This document shows positions 40,744 through 50,976 of a stretch of 64,000 nt of DNA, piece after piece. Source of the DNA: an uncultured Candidatus Saccharibacteria bacterium. GTDB taxonomy: Bacteria; Patescibacteriota; 4484-211; JAGQKX01. The notes beneath the pieces were generated by a model. That model was not told the origin of the DNA and searched no databases. It saw nothing but the letters and a program-made list of their open reading frames with translations. Both the position numbers and the translations under genes were made by a program. Each line of letters begins with the position of its first letter. Within the stretch, counting starts at the first letter, position 1. Location of the stretch: contig CAYMOT010000001.1 of NCBI GenBank assembly GCA_964392315.1, forward strand, positions 9,042 to 73,041, read 5' to 3'.

Positions 40744-41613
40744 CTATTCTGTTAGTAGTGTCTGTGCGATAACTGCAGAAACATCAACATCAGCCTTCCG
40801 ACGAGGAATTGAGTTTGTTGTTATAAGGTCATCATATTTTTTAAGAACTCGCGTGACACCCTTCGGTAGTATGCTGTGGGTGACCAAGGCTACTGCTTTG
40901 TCGGCTCCACATCTTTTGCACTCATCATAAAAACGACACAAAGTACCGCCAGTTTCCAGATTATCGTCAATAACTGCAACCACACGCCGCCTAATCATAT
41001 CAGCAAAACTCTGGTCAGAAATACATTCTGTCTCATACGAATTGATTCTCTTTTTTGTCAGTCCTGCTATGCCTGTTCGGCGTATTGCACCCTGATCAGG
41101 AGTTACAGCAACTATATCACCATAGCGCTCCTGAGCAACTGCAATGAGCTGATCTACGAGGGAGATATTTCTGACTGGATAGGTATGTACCCACTCCCTG
41201 CCATGGAAATGTCCTTCTATATTGTAGATTTGTTTAACCTTATAGTAATTAATGAGCTTTTTTATGAGACCCTCTGCGGCATTCAGCTCCCCATCCAAAA
41301 ACGTATGGTCTTGCATACAATAAGGGAAATATGTAAAAAACACCTCTATATTCTTCACTCCCCATTGATTGAGTAGTTCCAGAATCATATATACCTCTAG
41401 TAAGCCAGAATTTGGACGTGGTGCACCAGAATGGAGTAGTACGACCCTATCTAAATCCCCCGTATCTAGAACAAGCCGTATGTATACTTCTCCATCCGGG
41501 AAGTACCTTCTATTTTCTTTATTCCTCAGGGGATTTATTATTCTGAATGTCCCACACTTTTCTAAATTTTTTGCAAGATGAGCTGCTGTAGTGGTTGGTA
41601 TAACGGTTATCAT
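40744..41613 (-). CDS. prs: ribose-phosphate pyrophosphokinase (PRPP synthetase)
   Basis: ...RYFPDGEVYIRL... and the PRPP-binding loop ...VVAVIDDNLETGGTL.... Confidence 0.8.
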   Translation of the reverse strand: MITVIPTTTAAHLAKNLEKCGTFRIINPLRNKENRRYFPDGEVYIRLVLDTGDLDRVVLLHSGAPRPNSGLLEVYMILELLNQWGVKNIEVFFTYFPYCMQDHTFLDGELNAAEGLIKKLINYYKVKQIYNIEGHFHGREWVHTYPVRNISLVDQLIAVAQERYGDIVAVTPDQGAIRRTGIAGLTKKRINSYETECISDQSFADMIRRRVVAVIDDNLETGGTLCRFYDECKRCGADKAVALVTHSILPKGVTRVLKKYDDLITTNSIPRRKADVDVSAVIAQTLLTE

Positions 41614-41772
41614 CCTTGGTAAAGTATAAAAACATCTCGTTTTAAAACCGATGTTTTTGTTCCGCTTTCTCTCATGCTATTGTAGCGCTTCATCGTCAGC
41701 CTTAAAAGGATACTGTTTTCGCATCCTAGCAATTAAATGGGAACGTAATGTAGTGAATGGTGAATAGCTCGC

Positions 41773-42738
41773 TTAATCTAAGCTTTCTGTCTCAATCCCC
41801 GGCTTTGCAACGAGTGTGTATTCACCGTTTTCATATAAATCGATGAGGACGTACTGTGGTAGTGGATTCTTATAATCACCTGAAGCCCCAACTGTGGTTA
41901 TAGGAATTTCGGTTACTTGATCGGTATACCGGGCAAACACATGTGTGTCGCCGCTGAAAATTTCTCTGACTGGATATTTCCGAAGTGTTAGTAGCACCTC
42001 CGTACCCAACTCATCTTGTTTATCGGGGAAATATGGGTTATACAACGGCCGTGCGGTAAATGCAAAGACATTTCGAGTACTTGGAGAAATGGCCTGGGAT
42101 AGATTATTCTCAAGCCAGGCTACATCATTTTGGTGTGAACCTTCTTGCGAGCTGTTATTTAAAAGTACAAACACAAATCCATGTTGGGTAATAATCCTAG
42201 ATTCTGCATTATTCTTACCAAATACTGAGGCATAGTTATCCAGACTATACGTCGGGGTCCAATTATAGTCATGGTCACCCGGTAACACTTCATACGGAAT
42301 GCCAGCCTTATCAAGAATTTCCTTTATCGCGGTCAGTTGGTCTACCTGCCCAGCGGATGCCACATCGCCTAAGTGGACAATCATATCGATATCATCAGCC
42401 ACTACTTTATTCACCACTTTGCTAAATGTATCGACACTTCCGTGTGAATCTGAGACGACCCCTATACGATAAAGCATAACTGAACTCTCCCCCGTTACTA
42501 CAGGTAGTTTTTGCTTATTCTCAAAAAGGGATTCGATATACTGCTGGATCCCCTGCACATTTAAAACGTTGCTAATCTTCGAAACACTTTCACCATTACT
42601 CGGTACTTTTAGACTGTTTAATTTACCAGAATAGCGTAAAACGGTATAACCCCCAGCAACTATCCCAACTACAAGTATGAGCAAAAGTATTTTGGGGAGA
42701 ATAGATTTACGTTTTTTAGAATAAAATCGTCGCCTCAT
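41773..42738 (-). CDS. membrane-anchored calcineurin-like metallophosphoesterase
   Basis: N-terminal TM. Motifs ...GVVSDSHGS..., ...VHLGDVASAG..., ...VLPGDHD.... Confidence 0.65.
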   Translation of the reverse strand: MRRRFYSKKRKSILPKILLLILVVGIVAGGYTVLRYSGKLNSLKVPSNGESVSKISNVLNVQGIQQYIESLFENKQKLPVVTGESSVMLYRIGVVSDSHGSVDTFSKVVNKVVADDIDMIVHLGDVASAGQVDQLTAIKEILDKAGIPYEVLPGDHDYNWTPTYSLDNYASVFGKNNAESRIITQHGFVFVLLNNSSQEGSHQNDVAWLENNLSQAISPSTRNVFAFTARPLYNPYFPDKQDELGTEVLLTLRKYPVREIFSGDTHVFARYTDQVTEIPITTVGASGDYKNPLPQYVLIDLYENGEYTLVAKPGIETESLD

Positions 42739-42776
42739 ATACTAACATTAACCAAAGGTACCTAAAGGTTTCTTTT

Positions 42777-44486
42777 TTACATTTTATCTGGTGCTTCAAT
42801 TCCTAATAGATACAAACCTTGCCGCAAGATCAGTGCAGTTACAGAGGTAAGTAGAAGTCTTACATCACGCTCTTTTGGGCTATTTGCCGTAAGAATAGAA
42901 GAAGACTGATACAAAGCGTTGTACTTCTGTGCTATATCAAATAAGAAATTGGCTATTAAATTAGGTCCATACATTTCCGCAGCCTTTTCGACTACTTCTG
43001 GAAATTGATAAACTGTTCGAAGCAACGCATCTTCATCCGTATTTAATTCGTAGCCGTCTAATGCAACCGTACCTCGATCCTCCCCTGCTTTCTCTAATAC
43101 ACTTCTACACCGGGCATGTGTGTACTGTAGATAAGGACCAGAATTGCCGTTTAAATTGATTGACTCCTCAATGTCAAACAAGACGTACGCTTTGGGATCA
43201 TTCTTCAGCACCGAATACTTTACCGCTGCTAATGTAACTGCCTCAAGCACACTCTCATAGCCTTCACCAATCCTATCCTGTTGCATTACCTCTTTGACCC
43301 TTTCCCTTACTTCATCTAATAAACCATCGACCGTAATAAGTACCCCAGTGCGTGATGACATTTTTAGTCCCTTAAGGTTAACCATTCCCATTGGCAAATG
43401 ATATTCTTTTCCTTCTAGCTCTGGATAAAGTTCTTCAAGCGCTTTAATAACAACCTTAAAATAGCCCGACTGCTCATCCCCCACTACATGAATAATCCTA
43501 TCGAATTGAAAGTCTTTGTACTGTTTTGGCGCAAGTGCCATATCTTTTCCTTCATAGGTAGGATATCCATCACTCGTAATAAAAACCCGTTTATGAAGAC
43601 CTCTCCTTTCACCATCGAAGATAATCGCCCCATCGCTCTCTTCAAAAACTTTTCCTACATTCTCCCTGACAATGCGTACACCATCCTCGGCCATTTGCGA
43701 TTCAAAGTAAAAAGCATCAAAATTTGTACCGAATCGCGTATAAAGCTCATCATAATAATCAAGACTCCATTGTCTTGTCTGATTGTATATCTCTAAAATG
43801 CTAGAATCTTTTGCGTACAGTTTTTTGTTAAGGTCTTTAATTTCCTCTTCATATAGTTCATAGTCTTTATTCCCTCTTACATATCCCTCTCCCAACAAAT
43901 GTGCCTTTTCTGTGTTACTTAGCTTTTCGACGTCTTCAAAAGACATTCCTCGTTCTCTTAGAATCTCTCTGGTACCATAAATAGCCTTAGCTACATGAGG
44001 ACCAATATCTCCCTGATAATTTGCCCTAAATACAGTTGCCCCTGAGACTTTTAGTATGCGCGCTAATGCTTCTCCTACTATGAGCGTCCGCATATGCCCT
44101 ATGTGCATTTCCTTGTGTGTATTGGGATGAGCGTATTCCACCGCAATCTTACGTCCCTGCAAAGATGCGTTCGCTCCAAAATCATTAGCAATATTATTCA
44201 CGTTGTCTAATAGAACTTCTTTCTTTATATAAAAATTAATAAACCCTGGTCCTGCAACTTCAATTTTTTCTATTACTGCATCAGCTTCAATAGAACCTAC
44301 TATTTTCCCAGCAATGCTTCTTGGGCTGTCATGAAGCTCTTTTGTCAGTTGCAATGCAATATTGCTCGCATAGTCACCATGACTCAGGTCAGCAGGATGC
44401 TCAAGCTGTATATTTTCTACGGCATGAGAGAAAGCTTCTTGTATCGCAGTTTTGACTTTTTGTTCAATAGATGCTTGTATGTTCAT
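42777..44486 (-). CDS. argS: arginine--tRNA ligase
   Basis: ...AHPNTHKEMHIGHMRTLIVGEAL... is the class I HIGH region. C-terminal DALR anticodon-binding-like region. Confidence 0.85.
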   Translation of the reverse strand: MNIQASIEQKVKTAIQEAFSHAVENIQLEHPADLSHGDYASNIALQLTKELHDSPRSIAGKIVGSIEADAVIEKIEVAGPGFINFYIKKEVLLDNVNNIANDFGANASLQGRKIAVEYAHPNTHKEMHIGHMRTLIVGEALARILKVSGATVFRANYQGDIGPHVAKAIYGTREILRERGMSFEDVEKLSNTEKAHLLGEGYVRGNKDYELYEEEIKDLNKKLYAKDSSILEIYNQTRQWSLDYYDELYTRFGTNFDAFYFESQMAEDGVRIVRENVGKVFEESDGAIIFDGERRGLHKRVFITSDGYPTYEGKDMALAPKQYKDFQFDRIIHVVGDEQSGYFKVVIKALEELYPELEGKEYHLPMGMVNLKGLKMSSRTGVLITVDGLLDEVRERVKEVMQQDRIGEGYESVLEAVTLAAVKYSVLKNDPKAYVLFDIEESINLNGNSGPYLQYTHARCRSVLEKAGEDRGTVALDGYELNTDEDALLRTVYQFPEVVEKAAEMYGPNLIANFLFDIAQKYNALYQSSSILTANSPKERDVRLLLTSVTALILRQGLYLLGIEAPDKM

Positions 44487-44535
44487 GACTGCTCAATTTT
44501 ACCCTGTAATACTAAAATTTTGCAGCATTAGTTTA

Positions 44536-45408
44536 CTATTCCAACTCTGTATGTACTCGATACCCATCATTATGCCTTTCAAAGACTATCGCACCGTGTA
44601 GATCAGTGCGTAAAACCTCTATATTGTTGTTTTGGAGTAAAGAAAGAATATCCTCTCCAGGATGGCCAAAAGGGTTCTCCCCTACCGAGATTATCGCCGA
44701 GAGGGGGGATGTCTTATCTAGAAATTCTTGCGTAATTGCGTTCTTACTTCCGTGGTGAGGAACTTTTAGAACATCAATATCCGGAAATCCTATTGTATAT
44801 TCAACCGTCGAGTCCTTTCCGAATTCTGCATCACCGGTGAATAACATCTTGAAATCCCCTGCTGTCACTTCCAGTATTTGAGATACATCATTTTCATCAT
44901 AAAAGGTATCCTCGCATACCTGTTTCCCAGGCCACAACATTGCGACACTAATCATGTCACCAAAACTAACACTGTTTCCGGCAGAAATAGCAGCCATCTC
45001 ACCAACACCTCCAACATATTCCAGCAATTCACCATCAAAACACTCACTTACGAATATTTTCCCTACAGTATAACGTTTAGCAATATACTCCAAACCTCCT
45101 ACATGATCGATATGACCATGTGACAGAAAAATGCCTTCAATGTGGCGGTCGAGTAACGGCATGTATTTTTCTAGCTCATAGAGAACTTCTATACCCGGTC
45201 CGACATCAATCATTACCTGAATACCATGTGATGGCTGAATCAAGGCAGCGTCACCTTGGCCAACATCTAAGAAAGCAATGAATGAAGGCGTATTTAAATG
45301 ATATCCAAACAGCACCCACGGAATGAGTGAGATAAAAACAATTAATAACAGTAGCGTGCCTTTTGGAACATTTGTCTTTACTGTTATGTACATATATGAA
45401 AGAAGCAT
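44536..45408 (-). CDS. ComEC C-terminal metallo-beta-lactamase-fold domain, as a separate ORF
   Basis: N-terminal TM. ...FLDVGQGDAALIQ...HGHIDHVGG... are MBL motifs. Its start codon lies 1 nt downstream of the stop of the ComEC membrane-domain ORF. Confidence 0.7.
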   Translation of the reverse strand: MLLSYMYITVKTNVPKGTLLLLIVFISLIPWVLFGYHLNTPSFIAFLDVGQGDAALIQPSHGIQVMIDVGPGIEVLYELEKYMPLLDRHIEGIFLSHGHIDHVGGLEYIAKRYTVGKIFVSECFDGELLEYVGGVGEMAAISAGNSVSFGDMISVAMLWPGKQVCEDTFYDENDVSQILEVTAGDFKMLFTGDAEFGKDSTVEYTIGFPDIDVLKVPHHGSKNAITQEFLDKTSPLSAIISVGENPFGHPGEDILSLLQNNNIEVLRTDLHGAIVFERHNDGYRVHTELE

Positions 45409-45409
45409 A

Positions 45410-46624
45410 TTACGAAAAGGTATTAATCACTGTTACCAAAACATCGAGTAAGACCCAAACCGGAGTAATTGCAACACTTGCAACGGAAGGACTCACAAGC
45501 GAGACCAAGACGCATAAAAATCCCCAATACATGATCGGCGTTATCATCCAAAGCACTAACGGATTAGTCAGTAAACCTAAGGGTGAAAAGTTCCCAAAAT
45601 GTATATACAGAATGGGTAATGTGAAGAATTGCGCTGCAATTGTTGTTGAGAGATCACCCGCTAAAACCTTTGTAAACGAATGTAGGAATTTTTCAAATAC
45701 GGGAGCCAAAAGAAGTATTCCTAATGATGCACAAAACGACAGCTGAAAACTTGGTTGGGATATTACTCTCGGCTCTAACAGCACCAACACGTACGCAGAT
45801 ATGGCGAGCCACCATAAACCCGCCTTCTCTTCGCCTTTTAAAGAAGCAAGCACTCCCCCGCCTGCCATAATTGCTGCACGAATTATAGGAATCTGAAACC
45901 CTGACAATGCAATATACGGTAACATAAATATACTAAAGGTAGCTATCTGGCCATATTTTCCAAGAATTCTGCCAAGATTCTGTGTAACATTCGCAACGAT
46001 TAATGCATTGAATCCGGACGCGACAACAATATGTAAAAGTCCTACCTTCTTCATGCTCTCGTAGAATGAATCTCGAAAATCGCTATCTATGCCAAAAAGA
46101 ATCCCTATCAACAAACTTGCGTGAGGTTCAGGAAGAAGCACAGTGGAGATACCACGTAGTTTTATCTGTGCTTTATGTATAAAGCCAAAGAAACCAGGTG
46201 GGGGGTTGGTCTCTACTATTTCAGGGTAGTACATAGAGGAAATGACTACATTGTTAGAAAAAGAATTGACTTCATACCCTTCCCATAAACTAATACTTCC
46301 CCTTAGGTGTATATGTGACCATTTCGGTATATCCTGACCCCTCGGTAAAACTACGTATACACGTGACCGAATTGTCGTTTCCGCAACTGATACGTCTGAC
46401 AAGACGAGTCTCATGGTAGTACCCCGTACAGAACTTGAAACAACTCTTCCACTTATCGTCACCTCTGCAGACAAAAAAGGGTTAAGCTCTTCGATATAAC
46501 GCGGCTTCGGAACCTGCAGAAAACGTATAGCAAGTCCAAAGACAAGCACTATTGCTGCACATAGAAAGAAGAGCGAGTCTCGCTTTTGGTATAAGAAATT
46601 GTCTCTCATGGATACCCTGTTCAC
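45410..46624 (-). CDS. comEC: ComEC/Rec2 DNA-uptake channel, N-terminal part (DUF4131 + Competence domain)
   Basis: Polytopic. ...LLHIVVASGFNALIV...YIALSGFQIPIIRAA... is the Competence-domain signature. Confidence 0.75.
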   Translation of the reverse strand: MNRVSMRDNFLYQKRDSLFFLCAAIVLVFGLAIRFLQVPKPRYIEELNPFLSAEVTISGRVVSSSVRGTTMRLVLSDVSVAETTIRSRVYVVLPRGQDIPKWSHIHLRGSISLWEGYEVNSFSNNVVISSMYYPEIVETNPPPGFFGFIHKAQIKLRGISTVLLPEPHASLLIGILFGIDSDFRDSFYESMKKVGLLHIVVASGFNALIVANVTQNLGRILGKYGQIATFSIFMLPYIALSGFQIPIIRAAIMAGGGVLASLKGEEKAGLWWLAISAYVLVLLEPRVISQPSFQLSFCASLGILLLAPVFEKFLHSFTKVLAGDLSTTIAAQFFTLPILYIHFGNFSPLGLLTNPLVLWMITPIMYWGFLCVLVSLVSPSVASVAITPVWVLLDVLVTVINTFS

Positions 46625-46660
46625 GCAAATTCTATATTTGCCTTAGTTACGAGATACTTC

Positions 46661-47113
46661 CTACTCCACCCGAATCAAGTCTCGTAACTTTTGAAATGTT
46701 TTGCTCCCAATACCGGGAATCTGTTGCACTTGCGAAATATTCGTGAAGGGACGTGCATCAATAATGCGCTGGGCATACACAGGGCCAATGCCTGGTAACG
46801 ATTCAAGTTCCGCCCTAGTTGCTGTATTGAGGTTTATTTTTTGCGATGATATTTCCACCACACCATGTGTTAGTGTAGGTGTAACAATTGTCGGAGCAAT
46901 TGTGGGTTCCATGGGAGATGCAATTGGCGTGGTAGGTTCAGATTGTACAGCAATCTCTGCATCAGATGAGTAAAAATGTGCATACACAAACGCGAAGCCT
47001 ATACAGCCAGATAGGAATAAACCTACAAAAAATGAGGCTATTTCTGTACCAAATCTATGCACAAGACCATTTAAAAAGCCTTGGATCGTATAAAAAATCC
47101 TACGTACCGGCAT
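46661..47113 (-). CDS. comEA: competence protein ComEA (membrane-anchored helix-hairpin-helix DNA receptor)
   Basis: N-terminal TM. C-terminal ...INLNTATRAELESLPGIGPVYAQRIIDARPF...IPGIGSKTFQKL... is a tandem HhH. Confidence 0.8.
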   Translation of the reverse strand: MPVRRIFYTIQGFLNGLVHRFGTEIASFFVGLFLSGCIGFAFVYAHFYSSDAEIAVQSEPTTPIASPMEPTIAPTIVTPTLTHGVVEISSQKINLNTATRAELESLPGIGPVYAQRIIDARPFTNISQVQQIPGIGSKTFQKLRDLIRVE

Positions 47114-47141
47114 GTTGTCTCTCTTTCTTTACCAATCCCTT

Positions 47142-49934
47142 TTACCTAACTTGTACTACAAAATTGATCAATTTGTCAGGCACGTAAATAACTTTTTGAA
47201 TCTGTGTGCCTGTCAAATACTTCTGTACGGAATCTAAGGCCTTTGCTTGGTCCGTTATGTCTTCTTGTGTAAAGAGCTCGTCATTCTTCTCCAACGACAA
47301 GGTTCCACGGACTTTTCCATTCACCTGAACGACTATCTCAACCATATCACTCGCCACAAGCGACTGATCGTGCTCCGGCCATATAGAATGATGCACGCTA
47401 CCGCTGTTGCCTAATTGTTCCCAAAGCTCTTCAGTCATAAACGGCGCAAATGGCGAGAGTATCTGCAGGAATTTAGAGGCATCTTCTCGCGAAAGCGTCT
47501 CTCCTTCTTCTTTCCACGCGTTCATAATCTGCATATAAGTTGAAACCGCAGTATTATATTTAAATCGCCCAATATCTTCTGCCACTTTTTTGAATCCTTT
47601 ATGAAGTTGCGCTAAAACCTTCGGGGTACTTGCATCCCCTATCTTGGCATCATTAAAATACATGTCCCAAATCCGCTCAACAAAACGTGCCATAGACTCC
47701 ATCCCGTTGTCACGGAAATCACCGTCGCTTTCAAAGGGCCCCGTAAATGCAAGGTACAAACGTACGGCATCAGCCCCATATTTCTCGACATAATCATCGG
47801 GCACGATGATATTACCCTTTGATTTACTCATCTTAGAGCCTTCCCGCAACATCAATCCATTTGCCACAAGATACGGAAATGGCTCTCCGTTAGGAGAAAA
47901 ACCAAGAAAATCCCAATCATGTAGTGCCATGGTAACAAAACGGGAGTATAAAAGGTGTAAAACTGCGTGCTCAGCCCCTCCAATGTACGCATTTACCGGA
48001 AGCCAGGTCTGGGTGATCGCTTTGTTAAATGGCACTGGACCGTTTTTCCATTCATGAGAAGCTAAATTGGGATATGCTAGAAAGTACCACGAGCTGTCCA
48101 GGAAGGTATCAGACACGTCTGTCTCTCGCTTGGCGCGACTGCTACATTTTGGACAGTTGGTATAGAGCCATTCTTCGGGTGCATTTTCTAATGGTGAGCG
48201 CCCATCACCGGTCGGACGGTAATCTTCGATAAAGGGCAATTCAACTGGAAGCACTTCCTCAGGTACTGGCTGCCAACCACAGGATTCACAATGGACCATA
48301 GGAATAGGAGGTCCCCAATACCGCTGACGCGAAATCAACCAATCACGAAGGTGGTAGTTTACTTCATGTGAAGCACGTCCCTCTAAATCCGCCACAATGA
48401 GCTTTTTCGCTTCTTTGCTGGGCAACCCGTCGTATTTTCCCGAATGTATCAGGACTCCTTCTTCCCCATGGATTATGTGTGACTTATAAAAACTTTCTTC
48501 AGATAACCAACCCCATACCGACACATGCTGCGTCCAACCTTTTTCAATAAATTGTTCAGAGAGTTCATGCACCCTATTCTCCGTTCGAGGGGTTAATACA
48601 ATACGCTCAATAGAACCATCAGTGTGCTTAAATATAAAGACTGTTTCCTCGCCAATGTATTCATTCCAGTAGCCGGGGGTCAGCTTTTCGTTTACGAGCT
48701 GCTCATATGCATGAAGCGATGAAACTGGAATAAGCAGCTTACGATTTGCCTCATCAGTAGTTTCGAGTACCGTAATCCCCAAGCTTTCTAAATCTTCGGC
48801 AGTTATTTCCCCCGCTCCCATCAAATAACTGTACACATTCTCTTCTGCCTTATGGACGACTTGTCGAATGGGTAATTGAAACTTCTTCGCAAATTCATAA
48901 TCCCGTTCGTCATGTGCAGGAACGCCCATAATTGCGCCTGTGCCATAGCCCATGAGCACAAAATCTGCAACCCAAACCGGTATCTCTTCCTGCGTTAATG
49001 GATGAATTGCGTACAAGCCCGTAAAGGCACCGGTTTTATCTTTTTCGGCTATCTTTCGTGCTTGTTCAGTTTTCTTTGTCGCTTCAGAAATATATTGCTG
49101 CGCCTCTTCCGAAATAGGTAATTCTCTCAACACCGGGTGATCAGGTGCTATTACAATAAACGTTGCTCCAAATATCGTATCGACTCGAGTAGTAAAAATT
49201 TCAATTTCATGAGCAGCGTCTTTAACATTGAACTTCACTCTCGCCCCCTCAGATCGCCCGATCCAATTTCGCTGTGCAGTCTTGATTTTTTCGGGCCAAT
49301 CGATAGCATCAACCCCGTCAAGCAGTCGCTGGGCATATTTGGTAATCTTGAAAAACCATTGTTCCGTGGTTTTTTGTGTGGTTTCGGTATCACAACGCTC
49401 GCATTTTCCTTGAATAACCTGCTCGTCAGCCAAAACCGTCTTACAGCTGGGACACCAGTTTACGGTCGATTCCTTACGTTCTGCAAGTCCATGATTAAAC
49501 ATTTGAATAAATAACCACTGCGTCCAGCGGTAGTATGCTAGATCATAGGTCTCCAATGAGTAGTCCCAGGGAAAACCATTGCCTACCAACTTAAACTGAT
49601 CGTAATACCGCTTTTGTGTCACTTTGGCCTGTTCTGCGGGGTGCTTACCTATCTTGATCGCATAGTTTTCTGCATGAATACCGAACCCGTCCAACCCGAT
49701 CGGCTGAAACACATCATGTCCCTGCAGTCGTTTAAACCTGCCATACGCGTCAATGCCAACAAACGTACGCATGTTCCCCATGTGCATCCCTTCGGCAGAC
49801 GGGTATGGAAACATCATGAGGTTATAAAATGGTTTCTTGGGAGCAGCCATGTCAGGTTGGTAGGTTTTGCCTTCTTCCCACCGTTTCCGCCACTTGTCAG
49901 CTATCACCTGATGATCGAACGATTTCATGCGCAA
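47142..49934 (-). CDS. leuS: leucine--tRNA ligase
   Basis: ...FPYPSAEGMHMGNMRTF... is the HIGH-type motif. ...KMSKSKGN... is KMSKS. Length 930 aa. Confidence 0.9.
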   Translation of the reverse strand: MRMKSFDHQVIADKWRKRWEEGKTYQPDMAAPKKPFYNLMMFPYPSAEGMHMGNMRTFVGIDAYGRFKRLQGHDVFQPIGLDGFGIHAENYAIKIGKHPAEQAKVTQKRYYDQFKLVGNGFPWDYSLETYDLAYYRWTQWLFIQMFNHGLAERKESTVNWCPSCKTVLADEQVIQGKCERCDTETTQKTTEQWFFKITKYAQRLLDGVDAIDWPEKIKTAQRNWIGRSEGARVKFNVKDAAHEIEIFTTRVDTIFGATFIVIAPDHPVLRELPISEEAQQYISEATKKTEQARKIAEKDKTGAFTGLYAIHPLTQEEIPVWVADFVLMGYGTGAIMGVPAHDERDYEFAKKFQLPIRQVVHKAEENVYSYLMGAGEITAEDLESLGITVLETTDEANRKLLIPVSSLHAYEQLVNEKLTPGYWNEYIGEETVFIFKHTDGSIERIVLTPRTENRVHELSEQFIEKGWTQHVSVWGWLSEESFYKSHIIHGEEGVLIHSGKYDGLPSKEAKKLIVADLEGRASHEVNYHLRDWLISRQRYWGPPIPMVHCESCGWQPVPEEVLPVELPFIEDYRPTGDGRSPLENAPEEWLYTNCPKCSSRAKRETDVSDTFLDSSWYFLAYPNLASHEWKNGPVPFNKAITQTWLPVNAYIGGAEHAVLHLLYSRFVTMALHDWDFLGFSPNGEPFPYLVANGLMLREGSKMSKSKGNIIVPDDYVEKYGADAVRLYLAFTGPFESDGDFRDNGMESMARFVERIWDMYFNDAKIGDASTPKVLAQLHKGFKKVAEDIGRFKYNTAVSTYMQIMNAWKEEGETLSREDASKFLQILSPFAPFMTEELWEQLGNSGSVHHSIWPEHDQSLVASDMVEIVVQVNGKVRGTLSLEKNDELFTQEDITDQAKALDSVQKYLTGTQIQKVIYVPDKLINFVVQVR

Positions 49935-49964
49935 ATTTTACCACGAGCCGGTTATAATAAAGCA

Positions 49965-50570
49965 ATGCACGAATTACTCTTTGCCACATCAAACAAAGGG
50001 AAGATCACCAGTATGCGAAAACGACTAAACCCGCTTGGCATTCGTGTAACACAAGTTGAGCTAGATTTGATCGAACCTCAAGCGGACACCTGCATGGAAA
50101 TTTCTTTGATAAAGGCAAGGCAGGCATTTGAGCAGCTCACTCGTCCGGTACTGGTGGACGACAGTGCATTCCACATCCCTGCACTCAATGGGTTTCCTGG
50201 GCCATATGTGAAGTATGTTTTGCATACGATCGGCGGGAAGGGCATTATTAAACTTTCCGAAGACATTACCGATAGACACTCATACTTTGAAGGAACACTC
50301 ACCTACATGTTTGGCAATAACACCTTCAAACAATTTTCCGACCAATCAGAAGTTGGCATTGTGACTGAACAATTTCAAGGGCCGATACGAAAAGACGCAT
50401 GGTCTGAGCTATGGAATATATTTATGCCCTACGGTTCTACTAAAGTCCTGGCGGAATTAGATGAACATGATCGTGCAGCTTTACGGAAAGAAAATTCTAG
50501 AGTTGATTTATATGACCGATTTTCAGACTGGTTTTCCAGCACGTTAGGTCATAAAGAAGTGATAGAATAA
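49965..50570 (+). CDS. rdgB: non-canonical purine NTP pyrophosphatase (RdgB/Ham1 family); true start is the internal Met of ORF 49614..50570
   Basis: MHELLFATSNKGKI...VLVDDSAFHIPALNGFPGPYVKY... matches Ham1 motifs. The upstream part of the ORF is antisense to leuS. Confidence 0.75.
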   Translation: MHELLFATSNKGKITSMRKRLNPLGIRVTQVELDLIEPQADTCMEISLIKARQAFEQLTRPVLVDDSAFHIPALNGFPGPYVKYVLHTIGGKGIIKLSEDITDRHSYFEGTLTYMFGNNTFKQFSDQSEVGIVTEQFQGPIRKDAWSELWNIFMPYGSTKVLAELDEHDRAALRKENSRVDLYDRFSDWFSSTLGHKEVIE

Positions 50571-50583
50571 ACGTCAAGATATC

Positions 50584-50660
50584 GGGCCCATAGCTCAATT
50601 GGCCAGAGCACCACACTGGCAGTGTGGAGGTTTCGGGTTCGACCCCCGATGGGTCCACCA
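50584..50660 (+). tRNA. tRNA-Ala (anticodon GGC)
   Basis: Acceptor GGGCCCA/TGGGTCC with the G3:U70 alanine identity pair, anticodon arm CCACA-CUGGCAG-UGUGG, T-arm TCGGG-TTCGACC-CCCGA. CCA is encoded. Confidence 0.75.
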
Positions 50661-50703
50661 AATTTGAACACTTCACTAATTTTTATCTACCTCCAGCTTT
50701 GCT

Positions 50704-50976
50704 ATGAAGATTGAAGAATATATACGAGAAACCGCAAAACTTGAATATTTCCTCCGCATACTGTTGCCAGCAAATAAAAGCGATAAGCCTTTTACGGAAC
50801 AGTTAAAATATTTGGTCAATAGCAACCAACTAGATCTGGACACCGCAGCTGAAATATTAATAACATGGGAATTTAGAAATGTGTTAGCTTCACTGCCTGA
50901 TGCAAGCAATACGATTCCTCAAGAATACATTGAATTATTAAATCGATTAATAAAAAGGTTATGGTCGAAACGATAG
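50704..50976 (+). CDS. hypothetical small protein
   Basis: 90-aa ORF in an AT-rich islet between two tRNA-Ala genes. It overlaps the downstream ORF by 16 nt. Confidence 0.35.
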   Translation: MKIEEYIRETAKLEYFLRILLPANKSDKPFTEQLKYLVNSNQLDLDTAAEILITWEFRNVLASLPDASNTIPQEYIELLNRLIKRLWSKR

